A stretch of 63,546 nt of DNA, counting the filler, from Chiloscyllium plagiosum (lineage: Eukaryota), in the NCBI RefSeq assembly GCF_004010195.1. It is 4 parts of one record of this genome, joined end to end, with 100 filler letters (N's around TTAATTAATTAA, not from the genome) between each part and the next. Parts side by side here need not be neighbours in the genome. Positions count along the whole stretch, not along the records: positions 41,332 to 63,546 come from NC_057710.1; 3 more parts are not named here. One strand, given 5' to 3'. This document shows, one piece after another, positions 61,755 to 63,546 of the stretch. The stretch's first letter is position 1. Each line of letters opens with the position of its first letter. The notes below the pieces were generated by a model. That model was given only the letters and a program-made list of their open reading frames with translations. It ran no database searches and was not told where the DNA came from. The position numbers and the translations under genes are program-made.

Positions 61755-63546
61755 GCTATGTACTTCTTGTCAGATGTGGGAGTTTAAAGAGAGTTAAAGG
61801 GTTACTGCGGATTATATCTGCCATAAATGCTGTTGGATGCGAATCTTATGAGATCGAGTGGATTGGTTGGAGAGACAGATAGAAGCGATGAGGAATTTGC
61901 AATAGCAACAGTATGTGATGGATGACAGTTATAGGAAGGGGGGAAAGTCTCAGATACAGTCACAGAGATGGGTTAACTCGAAAAAGGGTGAGAGAGGTCG
62001 GCACCTCGGGCAGGAGTCTTTTGTGGATATACCCATTTCAAACAAGTATGCTGTTTTAGAAAATGTAGGGGGAGATGGATTCTCAGGGGAAGGTAGCACG
62101 AACAGCCAAGTTTCTGGTGTTGAGACTGGCTCTAATGCAACGAGGGGTATGTTGGCTTCCAAGAGATCAATTGTGTTAGGGGATTATGTAGTCAGAGGTA
62201 CAGACAGACGTTTCTATGGCCAGTAGAGAAAAAGTAGAATGGTGTGTTGTTTCCCTGGTGCCAGGATCAAGGATGTCTCAGGGAGGGTGCAGAAAGTTCT
62301 CACGGGGGAGAGGGGCCAGCAGAAGGTCATTGTCCACATTGGAACCAAAGACATAGGAAGGGAAAAGGTTGAGACTTTGAAGGGAGATTACAGAGAGTTA
62401 GGCAGAAATTTAAAAAGGAGGTCCTCAAGGGTAATAATATCTGGATTACTCCCAGTGCTACGAGCTAGTGAGGGCAGGAATAGGAGGATAGAGCAGATGA
62501 ATGCATGGCTGTGGGGCTGGTATATGAGAGAAGGATTCACATTTTTGGTCATTGGAATCTCTTTTGGGGTAGAAGTGACCTGTACAAGAAGGACGGATTG
62601 CACCTAAATTGGAAGGGGCCTAATATAATGCTAGAACTGCTTGGGAGGTTTTAAACTAGTAAGGCGGGGTGGTGGGATCCAGGGAAATAGTGAGGAAAGA
62701 GATCGATCTGAGATGGGTACAGCTGAGAACAGAAGTGAGTCAAACAGTCAGGGCAGGCAGGGATAAGGTAAGGACTAATAAATTAAACTGCATTTATTTC
62801 AATGCAAGGGGCCTAACAGGGAAGGCAGATAAACTCAGGGCATGGTTAGGAACATGGGACTGGGATATCATAGCAATTACGGAAACAGGGCTCAGGGACG
62901 GGCAGGACTGGCAGCTTCATGTTCCAGGATACAAATGCTACAGGAAGGATAGAAAGGGAGGCAAGAGAGGGTGAGTGGCATTTTTGATAAGGGATAACTG
63001 TGCTGAGGGAGGATATTCCCGGAAATACATCCAGGGAAGTTATTTGGGTGGAACTGAGAAATAAGAAAGGGATGATCACTTTATTGGGATTGTATTATAG
63101 ACCCCAATAGTCAGAGGGAAATTGAGAAACAAACTTGTAAGGAGATGTCAACTATCTGTAAGAATAATAGGGTAGTTATGGTAGGGGATTTTAACTTTCC
63201 AAACATCGACTGGGACTGCCAGAGTGTTAAGGATTTAGATGGAGAGGAATTTCTTAAGTGTATACAAGACAATTTTCTGATTCAGTATGTGGATGTACCG
63301 ACTAGAGAAGGTGCAAGACTTGACCGACTCTTGGGAAATAAGGCAAGATAGGTGACTGAGGTGTCAGTGGGAAAGCACTTTGGGACCAGCGACCATAATT
63401 CTATTAGTTTTAAAATAGTGATGGAAAAGGATAGACCAGATCTAAAAGTTGAAGTTCTAAATTGGAGAAAGGCCAATTTTGATGGTATTAGGCAAGAACT
63501 TTCGAAAGCTGATTGGAGGCAGATGTTCACAGGTAAAGGGATGGCT
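61755..63546 (+). mobile_element. CR1/HER1-type LINE ORF1 and ORF2 endonuclease, inactivated, running off the window
   Basis: CCFPGARIKDV..HIGTKD, CIYFNARGL..IAITET, VGDFNFPNIDW and PTREGARLD. Same subfamily as 29110-33150. Confidence 0.92.

Noticed and set aside
1..63546. GNRH2, PANK2 or MRPS26 exons, expected from synteny with MAVS and PTPRA
   Set aside because: I looked by eye (for example for [10 protein letters not shown]) and found none; a tblastn search is needed to exclude short exons.

Overview
This is vertebrate nuclear DNA, almost certainly from an elasmobranch (shark or ray): it carries HE1-type V-SINEs, HER1/CR1-type LINEs and Penelope-like elements (PLEs). It is not prokaryotic. 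The window is four contigs joined by three 100-nt spacers (44 N + TTAATTAATTAA + 44 N). Most of it is decayed transposons, and nearly every ORF in the supplied track is a transposon fragment or its antisense shadow. Four real host coding exons are present, and the ORF track largely misses them. Two are minus-strand exons encoding the MAVS CARD (3259-3375 and 1253-1430), with a candidate promoter and non-coding first exon near 14.1-14.3 kb. Two are consecutive plus-strand PTPRA phosphatase D1 exons (21288-21324 and 26576-26673) whose neighbouring exons I could not find. The most interesting non-coding signal is two families of minimal hammerhead ribozyme motifs in Penelope-type repeats. One head-to-head pair forms a hairpin with arms of about 105-110 bp inside MAVS intron 2. 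I see no firm evidence of a wholly new biological system. Transposon boundaries were read by eye and are approximate, and family names come from recalled motifs rather than a database search.
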